Shown: positions 8,747-18,280 of the stretch, one piece after another | Position numbering within the stretch: the stretch's first letter is position 1 | How the letters are laid out: the number at the start of each line of letters is the position of its first letter | NCBI GenBank assembly: GCA_934456295.1 | Contig: CAKSHB010000002.1 | Coordinates: forward strand, 12,513-76,512 | Direction: 5' to 3' | Source of the DNA: an uncultured Clostridia bacterium | Lineage (GTDB): Bacteria; Bacillota; Clostridia; UBA1381; UMGS1253 | Length of the DNA stretch: 64,000 nt | The notes under the pieces: generated by a model | The model's database searches: none | Told to the model about the DNA's origin: nothing | Seen by the model: the letters and a program-made list of their open reading frames with translations, nothing else | Translations under genes and position numbers: made by a program

Positions 8747-10984
8747 GTGAGTAAAGGACTAAAAATATTTCTTAAGCTGTTTTTGGGGGCATTTCTTGTC
8801 GGAGCTTTGCTGGTTGCGGCGCTTGTAATTGCAGGCTGCTTCGGCTTTTTCGGCATGGATAAGGACTTTGATGTGAACGCTCTTGATTTAAACTTTACAT
8901 CTGTTATTTATTACGTAGATGATAACGGAGAGGCTCATGAGCTTGAACGTCTTTATAAATCCCAAAACAGAGTGTGGGCAGATATAAGCAAAATACCGAA
9001 GCATTTGCAGGACGCATTTGTGGCTATTGAAGATGAACGCTTTTATAACCATAACGGCGTAGACCTTCCGCGTACCATTAAGGCTACCGCTACCTATATT
9101 TTTCAGGGCGGAAGCTCTTTCGGCGGCTCTACGATAACGCAGCAGCTTGTAAAAAATATTACGAATGATAAAGATGTGCGACCCGACCGTAAAATACGCG
9201 AGATGTGGCGCGCTATGGAGATTGAGCGGAAATATTCAAAAGAGCAAATTCTTGAACTGTACCTTAACACGATATACCTTGCGAATAACTGTAACGGTGT
9301 GCAGGCGGCGGCAAACAAATATTTCGGCAAAGACGTGAGCGAGCTTTCGCTTGCGGAATGTGCCTCAATTGCGGGAATTACCCAGTATCCGTCAAAATAT
9401 GACCCGCTTGCAAATCCTGACAGCAATATAGAAAAACAGCGAGTTGTTCTGAAGAAAATGCTTGAACTTGAAAAAATTTCGCAGGAGGAGTATGACGCTG
9501 CGGTTGCCGAAAAGCTTGCATTTTCCGACCATGCGCTGAAAACAGACGGACATGTTCAGTCATATTTCATAGACCAGCTCATAAATGACCTTATTGCGGA
9601 TTTTCAGAAGAAAAAGGGATATTCTGCCGAATTTGCAGAAAAAACCATATACAACAGCGGTCTGAAAATATATGCCACAATAGACCCGACTGTTCAGAAG
9701 GCAATGGAAAATGTTTATGAAAATACAGCAAACTTCCCCGGCATGTCGGGCAAGACAACACCGCAGTCATCAATGGTGGTGCTTGATCCGCACACAGGCG
9801 GCATAAAGGGGATTGTCGGCGGCATCGGGAAAAAGAGCGGCGACAGAATACTTAACCGTGCGTCACAGACATACCGCCAGCCCGGTTCTACAATAAAACC
9901 GCTCGCAGTGTATGCGCCGGCAATCGAGCAGGGAAAGCTTATGCCTTCAACAATCGTTGAGGACGCACCTATAGACATAAACGGATGGAAACCGACAAAC
10001 TATTACAGCGGCTACAAAGGCAAGGTTACTGCGCGTACTGCTCTGAAGGAGTCGATGAATACACCTGCGGTACGCGTACTGCAAGATGTCGGCGTTGACT
10101 ATTCGTATGATTTTCTTACAAAAAAACTCGGGTTTACCTCGCTTGTTAGCGGCGAAACGCGAAACGGAAACAGATATTCGGACAAAAACCTCAGTTCCCT
10201 TGCTCTCGGCGGTCTTACGGACGGCATGAGCGCGACACAGATGGCTGCGGCATATGCAACTTTTGCAAACAACGGTTTATATAACAAGCCTCATTCGTAT
10301 ACAAGAGTTGTAAACAGTTCGGGAAAAATCGTCCTCGAAAATAACGATGAGCCGAGCGTGGCAATGAGCGAATCAACGGCATATCTGACAAATACAATGC
10401 TTCAGAGCGTTATAAAGAACGGTACGGGTACTGCGGCAAAGCTTGCAAGCAATATGCCTGCCGGAGGAAAAACCGGTACGACTGATGAACAGAATGACAG
10501 ATGGTTTGCCGGATTTACATCGTATTATGTCGGCGTTGTTTGGTACGGATATGACCAGCCGAAGTCGCTGGAGTTTCTGACATATCATCCGTGCATGCCG
10601 ATATGGAAAAAAGTCATGGATGCAATTCACACAAATCTGCCGGTTAAGGATTTTATCATGCCCAATACCGTGGAAACGGCGAAGGTATGCTCTGTTACGG
10701 GCAAGCTTGCTTCGGCCGGATGCCCGACTGCGGACGAATATTTCAAGGTCGGGAAAAAGCCGTCGTCATACTGTTCGGGACACGGAGGAACTCAGCCGGC
10801 ACCTGAGATAAAGGAAAGTCCAAATCCCTCGTCGGAGCCGACTTCGACTCCTTCAACAGCCGCTCCCGAAAATCCGGCGGCGCCAAATCCGACATCAACG
10901 CCTAACACAAAACCTACGGCAGTACCTATTCCGACGCATACGCCGACACCCGGTAAGGGTGACGATGTTATTGTAATTGAGTAA
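8747..10984 (+). CDS. class A penicillin-binding protein (PBP1A; transglycosylase/transpeptidase) with Pro/Thr-rich C-terminal tail
   Basis: GT51 motifs (EDERFYNHNGVD, GGSTITQQL, RKIRE), transpeptidase motifs (STIKP, SMN, KTGTT) and an N-terminal TM helix. Start placed at GTG 8747, 7 nt after AAAGGAGG; the ORF is open from 8726. Confidence 0.92.
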   Translation: MSKGLKIFLKLFLGAFLVGALLVAALVIAGCFGFFGMDKDFDVNALDLNFTSVIYYVDDNGEAHELERLYKSQNRVWADISKIPKHLQDAFVAIEDERFYNHNGVDLPRTIKATATYIFQGGSSFGGSTITQQLVKNITNDKDVRPDRKIREMWRAMEIERKYSKEQILELYLNTIYLANNCNGVQAAANKYFGKDVSELSLAECASIAGITQYPSKYDPLANPDSNIEKQRVVLKKMLELEKISQEEYDAAVAEKLAFSDHALKTDGHVQSYFIDQLINDLIADFQKKKGYSAEFAEKTIYNSGLKIYATIDPTVQKAMENVYENTANFPGMSGKTTPQSSMVVLDPHTGGIKGIVGGIGKKSGDRILNRASQTYRQPGSTIKPLAVYAPAIEQGKLMPSTIVEDAPIDINGWKPTNYYSGYKGKVTARTALKESMNTPAVRVLQDVGVDYSYDFLTKKLGFTSLVSGETRNGNRYSDKNLSSLALGGLTDGMSATQMAAAYATFANNGLYNKPHSYTRVVNSSGKIVLENNDEPSVAMSESTAYLTNTMLQSVIKNGTGTAAKLASNMPAGGKTGTTDEQNDRWFAGFTSYYVGVVWYGYDQPKSLEFLTYHPCMPIWKKVMDAIHTNLPVKDFIMPNTVETAKVCSVTGKLASAGCPTADEYFKVGKKPSSYCSGHGGTQPAPEIKESPNPSSEPTSTPSTAAPENPAAPNPTSTPNTKPTAVPIPTHTPTPGKGDDVIVIE

Positions 10985-11010
10985 TAAAACAAATTTATCT
11001 TTTGTTTTTC

Positions 11011-11039
11011 TTGTAATGTGCGGACAAATAGTGTATAAT
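11011..11039 (+). promoter_or_regulatory. sigma-A-like promoter for the CrtO-like/GT2 pair
   Basis: TTGTAA (11011-11016), 17 nt, TATAAT (11034-11039). Confidence 0.45.
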
Positions 11040-11075
11040 TAATACAATTGCTTTAAAACAACATAAGATGAAACG

Positions 11076-11612
11076 GTGGATACGATGATAATCGATTTTG
11101 CTGTAAAGTTTGTGTGGAACGGACTGATTGCACTTATAATAGGCGTTTCAAGCACAATCATAGGAAATTTTATACCGCGCACATGGGTGCGATGCGACCG
11201 TTTTCCGTTTAAAGAATATCGGTTTGAGAAAAACGGAAAGCTGTATGACATGTTCGGTATCGAAAGATGGAAGGGAAAGCTTCCGGACATAAGTGAATAT
11301 ATAAAAAGTGTTTTTCCGAAAAAGGTAACCGGAGATCTGATGAAAGAGGGTTATTTTGAGCGGTTTGCAAAGGAAACATGCATATCGGAACTAATTCATT
11401 TTGTGCTCATATGTATATCTCCGCTGTATCTTTTGTTTAACTGGGATATACACTGGGGTATTGCGGTAATGTTCATTGATATAATGGTGAACATACCGTT
11501 TATAATGGTTCAGCGTTATAACCGTCCGCGGCTTTTGCGTATAGCGCAAAGAAGCAGTAAGCTTCATAATACACATATTATGGAGAAAACGGCTGACGGA
11601 ACAGCTGATTAA
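11076..11612 (+). CDS. CrtO-like membrane protein (glycosyl-4,4'-diaponeurosporenoate acyltransferase family)
   Basis: 178 aa, polytopic. It matches the S. aureus CrtO sequence as I recall it: FEKNGKLY..ERWKGKLPD, ELIHF and the near-identical VQRYNRPRL block. ATG 11085 is an alternative start. Confidence 0.65.
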   Translation: MDTMIIDFAVKFVWNGLIALIIGVSSTIIGNFIPRTWVRCDRFPFKEYRFEKNGKLYDMFGIERWKGKLPDISEYIKSVFPKKVTGDLMKEGYFERFAKETCISELIHFVLICISPLYLLFNWDIHWGIAVMFIDIMVNIPFIMVQRYNRPRLLRIAQRSSKLHNTHIMEKTADGTAD

Positions 11613-11651
11613 CGGCTGCAAACTATTCAGGAAAGGCTTGGTCTTTGGCGA

Positions 11652-12914
11652 ATGCAGATTTTATATACGGTAATATATATATTAGGCATTATATTGATGG
11701 TCTGTTTAAATGCCTATGGGTTATATTATTTTGTGACAGCGCTCAATGCATACAGAAAAATTCCAAAAATACCGGAGAGCGGTGAAAAGAAACGGTTTGC
11801 GGTTATAATACCGGCAAGAAATGAGGGCGGTATTATCAGCGGACTTATTGACTCTTTAAATGAACAGAATTATCCTCGGGACAGATTTGACATTATTGTT
11901 GTGCCGAATAACTGCACTGATAACACGGAGAAAGTTGCCCGTGAGCGCGGAGCAAAAATTATGGAGTGCAAAAGGCATGTTAAGTCAAAAGGGGAGGTTC
12001 TCTCCGAAATTTTTGACAGAATGACGAAAGATGAAGCTGAAAAGTACGATGCTGTATTAATTTTTGATGCCGATAACCTCGTGCATCCTGATTTTATATC
12101 GAAGATGAATGACGCCCTTGTAAGCGGAGCAATGGTTGCACAGGGATACCGTGACAGTAAAAATCCGTCCGATACATGGATATCGGGCTGTCACAGTGTA
12201 TATTATTATATAGTAAACGGCTTTTTCAATAAAGCGAGAATGGCGCTCGGTTGGTCTGCGGCGCTTAACGGAACCGGTTTTATGATAAGCATGGAGGTTC
12301 TCAGAAATCATGAGTTCAGGACATATTCGATGACTGAGGATATAGAGTACAGCTCGATTGTTATTTCGCAGTATAAGGAAAGAATTGTGTGGGTGCCGGA
12401 GGCAATAACCTATGATGAGCAGCCGCTTTTGTTTTCGGAATCGGTGACACAAAGACGCAGATGGACGGTGGGCACGGTACAGTGCTTTAAAAGGTATGCC
12501 GCCTCATTGCTGAAAAACACATTTTTGGATAAAAGTGCGTCATGTTTTGATATGTTTGTGCTTTACAGCGCGCCGTATATGCAGATTGTGGGACTTGTGC
12601 CGCTTATAATGTCGGTTTTCAGCTTTATGCACATGATGATTTTAAGTATTGCGGAGAGCTATCTCTTTTTGTTTCTCGGTGCAACTGTTGCATACGCTGT
12701 GCTGGCATATCTGGCAACGATGGTTGCGGCATATCTTGTGCTGAAGCTTGAAGGCAAGGATATACGCAAGCATATAAAAGCCATATTCGGATTTGGACTG
12801 TTTTTGCTGAGCTGGCTTCCGATTGGCATATGGGCGCTTATAAAGCCGGATTGCAAATGGCGCGAAATAAAGCATACCAGAAGTGTTGATTTGGAGGAGC
12901 TTATAAATCAGTAG
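11652..12914 (+). CDS. membrane-embedded processive family-2 glycosyltransferase (cellulose/PNAG/chitin-synthase-like)
   Basis: IIPARNE, NCTDNT, FDADN (DxD), TED (MTEDIEYS) and QxxRW (QRRRW) motifs. One N-terminal TM helix and a C-terminal TM bundle. Confidence 0.85.
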   Translation: MQILYTVIYILGIILMVCLNAYGLYYFVTALNAYRKIPKIPESGEKKRFAVIIPARNEGGIISGLIDSLNEQNYPRDRFDIIVVPNNCTDNTEKVARERGAKIMECKRHVKSKGEVLSEIFDRMTKDEAEKYDAVLIFDADNLVHPDFISKMNDALVSGAMVAQGYRDSKNPSDTWISGCHSVYYYIVNGFFNKARMALGWSAALNGTGFMISMEVLRNHEFRTYSMTEDIEYSSIVISQYKERIVWVPEAITYDEQPLLFSESVTQRRRWTVGTVQCFKRYAASLLKNTFLDKSASCFDMFVLYSAPYMQIVGLVPLIMSVFSFMHMMILSIAESYLFLFLGATVAYAVLAYLATMVAAYLVLKLEGKDIRKHIKAIFGFGLFLLSWLPIGIWALIKPDCKWREIKHTRSVDLEELINQ

Positions 12915-12984
12915 TTATTTGGCGTGCGAAGGCAAGATACAGTGCAGCGGATTGAAAAATATTTGAAAAAAAGCAAAAAATGTA

Positions 12985-13013
12985 TTGCAATGTAAATATT
13001 TATGTGATATAAT
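12985..13013 (+). promoter_or_regulatory. strong sigma-A-like promoter (extended -10) upstream of rimP operon leader
   Basis: TTGCAA (12985-12990), 17 nt, TATAAT (13008-13013), preceded by TGA (TGnTATAAT). Confidence 0.5.
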
Positions 13014-13041
13014 AAAAAAAGTTATGGAAGATACTTATTGT

Positions 13042-13078
13042 GAAAGAGTGGGAAATGTCCCACTCTTTCATCTTTGTT
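13042..13078 (+). terminator. leader hairpin / intrinsic-terminator-like element upstream of rimP-nusA-infB
   Basis: Perfect 11-bp stem GAAAGAGTGGG/CCCACTCTTTC with a 6-nt loop, followed by the T-rich ATCTTTGTT. Confidence 0.55.
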
Positions 13079-13147
13079 GACACGAAATTGCTTTTTGAAT
13101 ACCATGTATAACACAAAATATTAAATATTATTATGATATAAAAAGAG

Positions 13148-13618
13148 GTGACAATATTGTCAAAAACGGAACAGCTTGCATATGAGCTTGCACTGCCTTT
13201 TGCAGAGCAGATTGGCTGTGAGGTAATTGAGGCCGAATATAAAAAAGAGGGCGGAGAATATTACCTTCGGATATATCTTGACAGGGAGGACGGCTCGGTA
13301 AGCATAGACGACTGTGAAACAGTGTCGAGAAAGCTTGAGACAGAGCTTGACAGGATTGACCCGATTAAAGAGGCATATTACCTTGAGGTATGTTCGCCCG
13401 GAATTGACCGTGCGCTGAAAAGGGAAAAGGATTTTGTGCGTTTTACGGGACATGACGTAGATGTGAAGTTTTTTGCGCCGCATGACGGAAGAAAAGAGCT
13501 TTGCGGAAAGCTTGCGTCATATGATAACGGTATCGTAACGGTTGAGGAGGACAACGGGACAAAAACGGTATTTGACGTAAAGGATACGGCATATATAAAA
13601 TTAGCCGTAAAATTTTAA
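13148..13618 (+). CDS. rimP: ribosome maturation factor RimP
   Basis: Size, position ahead of nusA, and motifs (YLRIYLD, LEVCSPGIDRALK). TTG 13157, 6 nt after AAGAGGTG, is the more likely start. Confidence 0.9.
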   Translation: MTILSKTEQLAYELALPFAEQIGCEVIEAEYKKEGGEYYLRIYLDREDGSVSIDDCETVSRKLETELDRIDPIKEAYYLEVCSPGIDRALKREKDFVRFTGHDVDVKFFAPHDGRKELCGKLASYDNGIVTVEEDNGTKTVFDVKDTAYIKLAVKF

Positions 13619-13705
13619 TTGCACAGGTTTGTGTTTTCTATAGGTTTATGTTTTTTGAAATTTATATTCTCGGTTTATTAAAACGGAAAGGATTGGTTAT
13701 AAAAA

Positions 13706-14785
13706 ATGAAGAAGAAAGTCAGTGCAGTAAACAAAAACGAAGAGCTTATGCTCGCAATTAACGCATTATGCGCCGAAAAACAGATAAGCAAAGATGTTCT
13801 TATCGATGCACTTACGGCGGCACTCGTGTCGGCATATAAGAGAAATTTCAACTCTGCGCAGAATGTTGCCGTAAACATCAATGAAAACACGGGAGAAATA
13901 AAGGTATATTCGCAGAAAGAGGTTGTGGACGAAGTTGAAAACGACCTTGAGCAAATTGGGCTTGACGATGCGCGTCTGATAGATGCCGCATATACGGTGG
14001 GTGATATTGTAAATATCGAGGTTACACCGGCAAACTTCGGCCGAATTGCCGCGCAGACAGCAAAACAGGTTGTTATGCAGCGTATACGTGAGGCAGAAAG
14101 AGGAATGATTTTGTCGGAATATTCGGACAAAGAAAATGATGTTATCACAGGAGTAATCCAGCGTATAGAAAAAGGAAAAATATTCCTTGAGGCGTCAAAT
14201 ACAGAGGTTCTCTTGCCGTCAAACGAGCAGGTGCCGAATGAAACATATAACTTCCATGACAGATTGAAGGTATATGTGTTAAAGGTTGAGAGCGGAACAA
14301 AGGGAGTTCAGATTATTGTTTCGCGCGCACACCCGGGGCTTGTTAAAAAGCTTTTTGAGCAGGAAGTTCCCGAAATTGCCCAGGGAATAGTTGAAATCAA
14401 GGGCATATGCCGTGAGGCAGGCTCAAGAACGAAAATAGCTGTATATTCAAATGATGAAAATGTTGACGCACAGGGAGCCTGCATAGGGGCGCAGGGGCGC
14501 AGAGTGCAGGTTATAAGCGATGAAATATGCGGCGAAAAAATAGACATAATAAAATGGAGCGAGGACCCTGCGGAATATATCGCAGCGAGCCTCAGCCCGT
14601 CGAGTGTTGTCAGCGTAGAGGTTGATGAGGAAAGTAAATCGGCGCGCGTTGTGGTTCCGGATTTACAGCTTTCGCTTGCAATCGGCAAAGCGGGACAGAA
14701 TGCACGTCTTGCCGCAAAGCTGACAGGCTGGAAAATAGACATAAAGAGCGAGAGCGGTGCACAGAACGTCGAGGAGCTTTTGTAA
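13706..14785 (+). CDS. nusA: transcription termination/antitermination factor NusA
   Basis: N-terminal domain, S1 domain and two KH domains (LAIGKAGQNARLAAKLTGWKIDI). Confidence 0.96.
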   Translation: MKKKVSAVNKNEELMLAINALCAEKQISKDVLIDALTAALVSAYKRNFNSAQNVAVNINENTGEIKVYSQKEVVDEVENDLEQIGLDDARLIDAAYTVGDIVNIEVTPANFGRIAAQTAKQVVMQRIREAERGMILSEYSDKENDVITGVIQRIEKGKIFLEASNTEVLLPSNEQVPNETYNFHDRLKVYVLKVESGTKGVQIIVSRAHPGLVKKLFEQEVPEIAQGIVEIKGICREAGSRTKIAVYSNDENVDAQGACIGAQGRRVQVISDEICGEKIDIIKWSEDPAEYIAASLSPSSVVSVEVDEESKSARVVVPDLQLSLAIGKAGQNARLAAKLTGWKIDIKSESGAQNVEELL

Positions 14786-14828
14786 AATAAACAAAAAATA
14801 CGTAAAGCGGTTATGGGAGTGCGTGTTT

Positions 14829-15146
14829 ATGAATAACAAGCTTGCAAAAAAGGCGAAAATGCCGGAAAGAATGTGTGCCGCATGCAGGAAGCATGGCGCA
14901 AAAAATGCTCTCATGCGTGTTGTGAAAAATAAAGAAGGCAGAGTGGCGATAGATAAAAGCAATAAAGCGGAAGGGCGCGGAGCATATATCTGTGCAGACG
15001 AAAAATGTATCGCTGCTGCCGAAAAGAAAAATTCACTTGCACGTGCACTGAAAACCAATGTTGACAGAAATATATATTTGCAGCTTATGGAGGAAATACA
15101 GAAGCGGCATATTTTGGAAGAGGGTAAGAACGATGGCAAATTATAA
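14829..15146 (+). CDS. ylxR: YlxR/RnpM family (DUF448) RNA-binding protein
   Basis: The PERMCAACRK...GRGAYIC motif and the conserved position between nusA and the L7Ae gene. ATG 14829 chosen; the ORF is open from 14757. Confidence 0.85.
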   Translation: MNNKLAKKAKMPERMCAACRKHGAKNALMRVVKNKEGRVAIDKSNKAEGRGAYICADEKCIAAAEKKNSLARALKTNVDRNIYLQLMEEIQKRHILEEGKNDGKL

Positions 15147-15465
15147 GCTTTTGAGCATGATAGGGCTTGCAAGACGTGCCGGTGCGGCGCAGACGGGAGC
15201 GTTTCTGACCGAGCGGTGTATACATGACGGGAGATGTGAGCTGATAATTATGGCGGCAGACACTGCCCCGAATAACCGCAAAAAGTTTCTCAGCAGCAGC
15301 AAACATTACGGAATACCGCTCATAGAGTATTCGACAAAAGATGAGCTGTCACATGCACTCGGCAAGGAAAATGTCGTTGTGGTCGGAATTGATGATAAAA
15401 ATTTTGCAAAAGGTATTTTGGACAAATATAATACTATTTGCAGTGCGGATACGGATAAAAAATAA
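15133..15465 (+). CDS. L7Ae/YlxQ-family ribosomal-protein-like RNA-binding protein
   Basis: LSMIGLARRAG...G motif and its position before infB. Overlaps the ylxR stop by 14 nt. Confidence 0.8.
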   Translation: MANYKLLSMIGLARRAGAAQTGAFLTERCIHDGRCELIIMAADTAPNNRKKFLSSSKHYGIPLIEYSTKDELSHALGKENVVVVGIDDKNFAKGILDKYNTICSADTDKK

Positions 15466-15570
15466 CTGCGCACGGATTTTGGTTATCGGACGCATAAGTC
15501 CTTTATATAGATGAATTTTGATTGCGGATAAATTTGATTTATGAGCCTATCGGCGGAACGGAGGTCATAT

Positions 15571-17889
15571 ATGTTACAGAAAATAAGAGTACATGAGGTT
15601 GCAAAGGATTTAAAGCTTAAAAGTACAGAGCTTTTGGAGATGTTTACACAGCATGGGATAACGCTGAAAAATCATATGGCTACGCTTGACGAAAAGCAGC
15701 TTAGTCTGATTTTTGAGGTATATACACAGAAATATGCATTGCCCGAAGGCGAAGTTGATATGTCGATTTTCGGCGACCTGATAAAAAAGGAAGAGCCTGT
15801 TAAGGAAAAAGTTTCAATGGAGCCGCAGGATAAGGGCAAAGAAACGAAGAGTGAAGCCCAAGGCGGCGAAAAGACAGAAAAGGAAAATAAAGACAGTGAA
15901 AAAAGCGAGGTTGTGTCGCGTAAAATGCGTCATGTTGATACGCGCCAGACTGTTGTTGACCTTGAAAAACTCGACACAGAGCGTATAGAAGATGAGCTTG
16001 TGCCGGAAAATATCAAGGCTCAGCAGGGACCGAAGAAACAAAAAATCAAAAAACAGTCGCAGCGCCAGCGTGACAGCAGAAATTCGTTCAAAAAACAGCC
16101 GGAACCGGCAAAGAGAGTTATGCCGAAGCCGCAGCCTATTGTTGTAAGCATACCCGACGAAATATCGGTGGGAGAGCTTGCAAGCCGTATGAAAAAGACT
16201 GCTTCGGAGATAATAAAAAAGCTTATGCTTCTGGGTGTGATGGCATCTGTGAGCCAGCTCATAGATTATGATACGGCAGCGATTGTTGCCGAAGAACTCG
16301 GAGCAAAGGTTGAGCATGAGGTTGTGCTTTCGGATGAGGATATACTTCTGAAGGAGTTTTCGGAAGAGGATAAAAAGGAGGATCTCGTACCGCGTTCGCC
16401 TGTAGTTGTTGTAATGGGTCATGTTGACCATGGTAAAACATCGCTTTTGGACGCAATACGCGAAACGCATGTTGCAAGCGGTGAGGCAGGCGGAATTACG
16501 CAGCACATAGGTGCTTACCGTGTGCGCATAAATGACCGCGAAATAACCTTCCTCGATACGCCGGGACATGAGGCGTTTACGGCGATGCGTGCCAGAGGCG
16601 CACAGGTTACGGATATCGCAATACTGGTTGTTGCGGCAGATGACGGGATTATGCCGCAGACAATAGAAGCAATCAACCACGCAAAAGATGCGAACGTGGA
16701 AATAATTGTGGCGATAAATAAAATCGACAAAGAAGGCGCAAACCCCGACAGAATAAAGCAGGAGATGACTGAGTACGGCATTGTACCGGAGGAATGGGGC
16801 GGAAGCACGATTTTTGTTGAGGTTTCGGCAAAACAGAGGACAAATATAGACGAATTGCTTGAGATGGTGCTCCTTACAGCAGATGTGCAGGAACTAAAAG
16901 CAAATCCGAACCGTCATGCAAAAGGTACGGTTATAGAGGCACGTCTTGACCGTTCGCGCGGTCCGATTGCAACAGTTCTGGTTCAGAACGGAACGTTAAA
17001 GACGGGCGATATAATTGTTGCGGGAACCGCTACGGGCAAAGTGCGTGCAATGATGGATGACCGCGGCAAAACTGTCACAAAAGCAGGTCCGTCAATGCCT
17101 GTTGAAATTCTGGGTCTTTCGGAAACACCGGACGGCGGCGACGTATTTTACGCCGTTGATGATGAAAGAAGGGCAAAATCGGTTGTTGAGGCACGCAAAT
17201 TTGCGGCAAAAGAAGAACACTTTAATGCACGCAAGGTTGTTTCTCTCGATAATCTGTTTGAGCAGATACATGAGGGCGAAGTTAAAGAACTGAAAATTAT
17301 AGTAAAGGCGGACGTACAAGGCTCGGTAGAGGCTGTGCGCCAGTCGCTTGAAAAGCTGTCAAACGAAGAAGTGAGAGTAAAAATTATCCATGGCGGTGTC
17401 GGTGCGGTAAATGAAACCGATATAATGCTTGCATCGGCGTCAAACGCAATTATAGTAGGCTTTAATGTACGTCCGGATACTGTGGCACGCGGAGCATATG
17501 AACGCGGTGATGTTGACATCAGACTTTACAGGGTAATTTATGATGCGATAGAAGAAATTGAAGCGGCTATGAAGGGTATGCTTGAGCCGAAGTTTAAAGA
17601 GGCGATACTTGGTCATGCAGAGGTAAGACAGACATTCAAGGTTTCGGGTGTAGGAACGATAGCCGGCGGATATGTTACGGACGGAAAAATTGCGCGTAAC
17701 GCACAGGTACGTGTTGTACGTGACGGCGTTGTGTTCCATGAAGGCGTACTCAACAGCTTAAAGCGTTTCAAAGATGACGCAAAAGAGGTTGCAAGCGGCT
17801 ATGAATGCGGTATAGGCATAGAAAACTTTAACGACATAAAAGACGGCGATGTAATAGAATGCTTTATAATGGAAGAGATAAAGCAGTAA
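15571..17889 (+). CDS. infB: translation initiation factor IF-2
   Basis: [20 protein letters not shown] and NKID GTPase motifs, plus a Lys/Glu-rich N-terminal region. ATG 15571 follows GGAGG. Confidence 0.97.
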   Translation: MLQKIRVHEVAKDLKLKSTELLEMFTQHGITLKNHMATLDEKQLSLIFEVYTQKYALPEGEVDMSIFGDLIKKEEPVKEKVSMEPQDKGKETKSEAQGGEKTEKENKDSEKSEVVSRKMRHVDTRQTVVDLEKLDTERIEDELVPENIKAQQGPKKQKIKKQSQRQRDSRNSFKKQPEPAKRVMPKPQPIVVSIPDEISVGELASRMKKTASEIIKKLMLLGVMASVSQLIDYDTAAIVAEELGAKVEHEVVLSDEDILLKEFSEEDKKEDLVPRSPVVVVMGHVDHGKTSLLDAIRETHVASGEAGGITQHIGAYRVRINDREITFLDTPGHEAFTAMRARGAQVTDIAILVVAADDGIMPQTIEAINHAKDANVEIIVAINKIDKEGANPDRIKQEMTEYGIVPEEWGGSTIFVEVSAKQRTNIDELLEMVLLTADVQELKANPNRHAKGTVIEARLDRSRGPIATVLVQNGTLKTGDIIVAGTATGKVRAMMDDRGKTVTKAGPSMPVEILGLSETPDGGDVFYAVDDERRAKSVVEARKFAAKEEHFNARKVVSLDNLFEQIHEGEVKELKIIVKADVQGSVEAVRQSLEKLSNEEVRVKIIHGGVGAVNETDIMLASASNAIIVGFNVRPDTVARGAYERGDVDIRLYRVIYDAIEEIEAAMKGMLEPKFKEAILGHAEVRQTFKVSGVGTIAGGYVTDGKIARNAQVRVVRDGVVFHEGVLNSLKRFKDDAKEVASGYECGIGIENFNDIKDGDVIECFIMEEIKQ

Positions 17890-17917
17890 TGCAGCCCGCT
17901 TTTATACGGAGGTTGTT

Positions 17918-18280
17918 ATGGCACAGAACAGAATAAATAAAATAAACGAACAGCTTATGCGTGAAATAAGCACAATAATACGTGAGCTTAAGGATAAGCG
18001 TATTCCGATGATGACGAGTGTTGTTTATGTATCGGCGACGAATGATTTGCGTTATGCAAAGGTGCGTGTCAGCATAATGGGCGACGATGATACGAAAAAA
18101 CGTGCAATTGAAGGGCTTCGCGCCGCGGCAGGTTATGTGCGGCGTGAGGTTGGGCACAGAATGGATATACGTTACACACCGGAGCTGATATTTGAGCTTG
18201 ATACATCAATTGAGCATGGAGCAACAATAAATAAAATAATTCATGAAGTAATAAAGGAAGACAAAAAAGAAGATGAATAA
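17918..18280 (+). CDS. rbfA: ribosome-binding factor A
   Basis: 120 aa. RINKINEQLMREIS, RYTPEL.FE.D, and operon position. Confidence 0.93.
   Translation: MAQNRINKINEQLMREISTIIRELKDKRIPMMTSVVYVSATNDLRYAKVRVSIMGDDDTKKRAIEGLRAAAGYVRREVGHRMDIRYTPELIFELDTSIEHGATINKIIHEVIKEDKKEDE

Noticed and set aside
13024-13080. 18-codon ORF (MEDTYCERVGNVPLFHLC) overlapping the rimP leader hairpin; a possible leader peptide.
   Set aside because: There is no Shine-Dalgarno sequence upstream of the ATG (AAAAAAAGTT) and no run of regulatory codons. It is more simply read as non-coding hairpin sequence.
15814-16680. 288-aa minus-strand ORF inside infB. Similar long antisense ORFs occur at 804-1556 (adhE), 42309-43190 (tig), 22993-23598 (prs), 26532-27173 (mfd) and 58056-58733 (rpiB/tsaB).
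   Set aside because: All lie fully within high-confidence genes on the opposite strand. They have shadow-ORF composition (many R/C/F/L/I/Y residues) and no motifs or translation signals.
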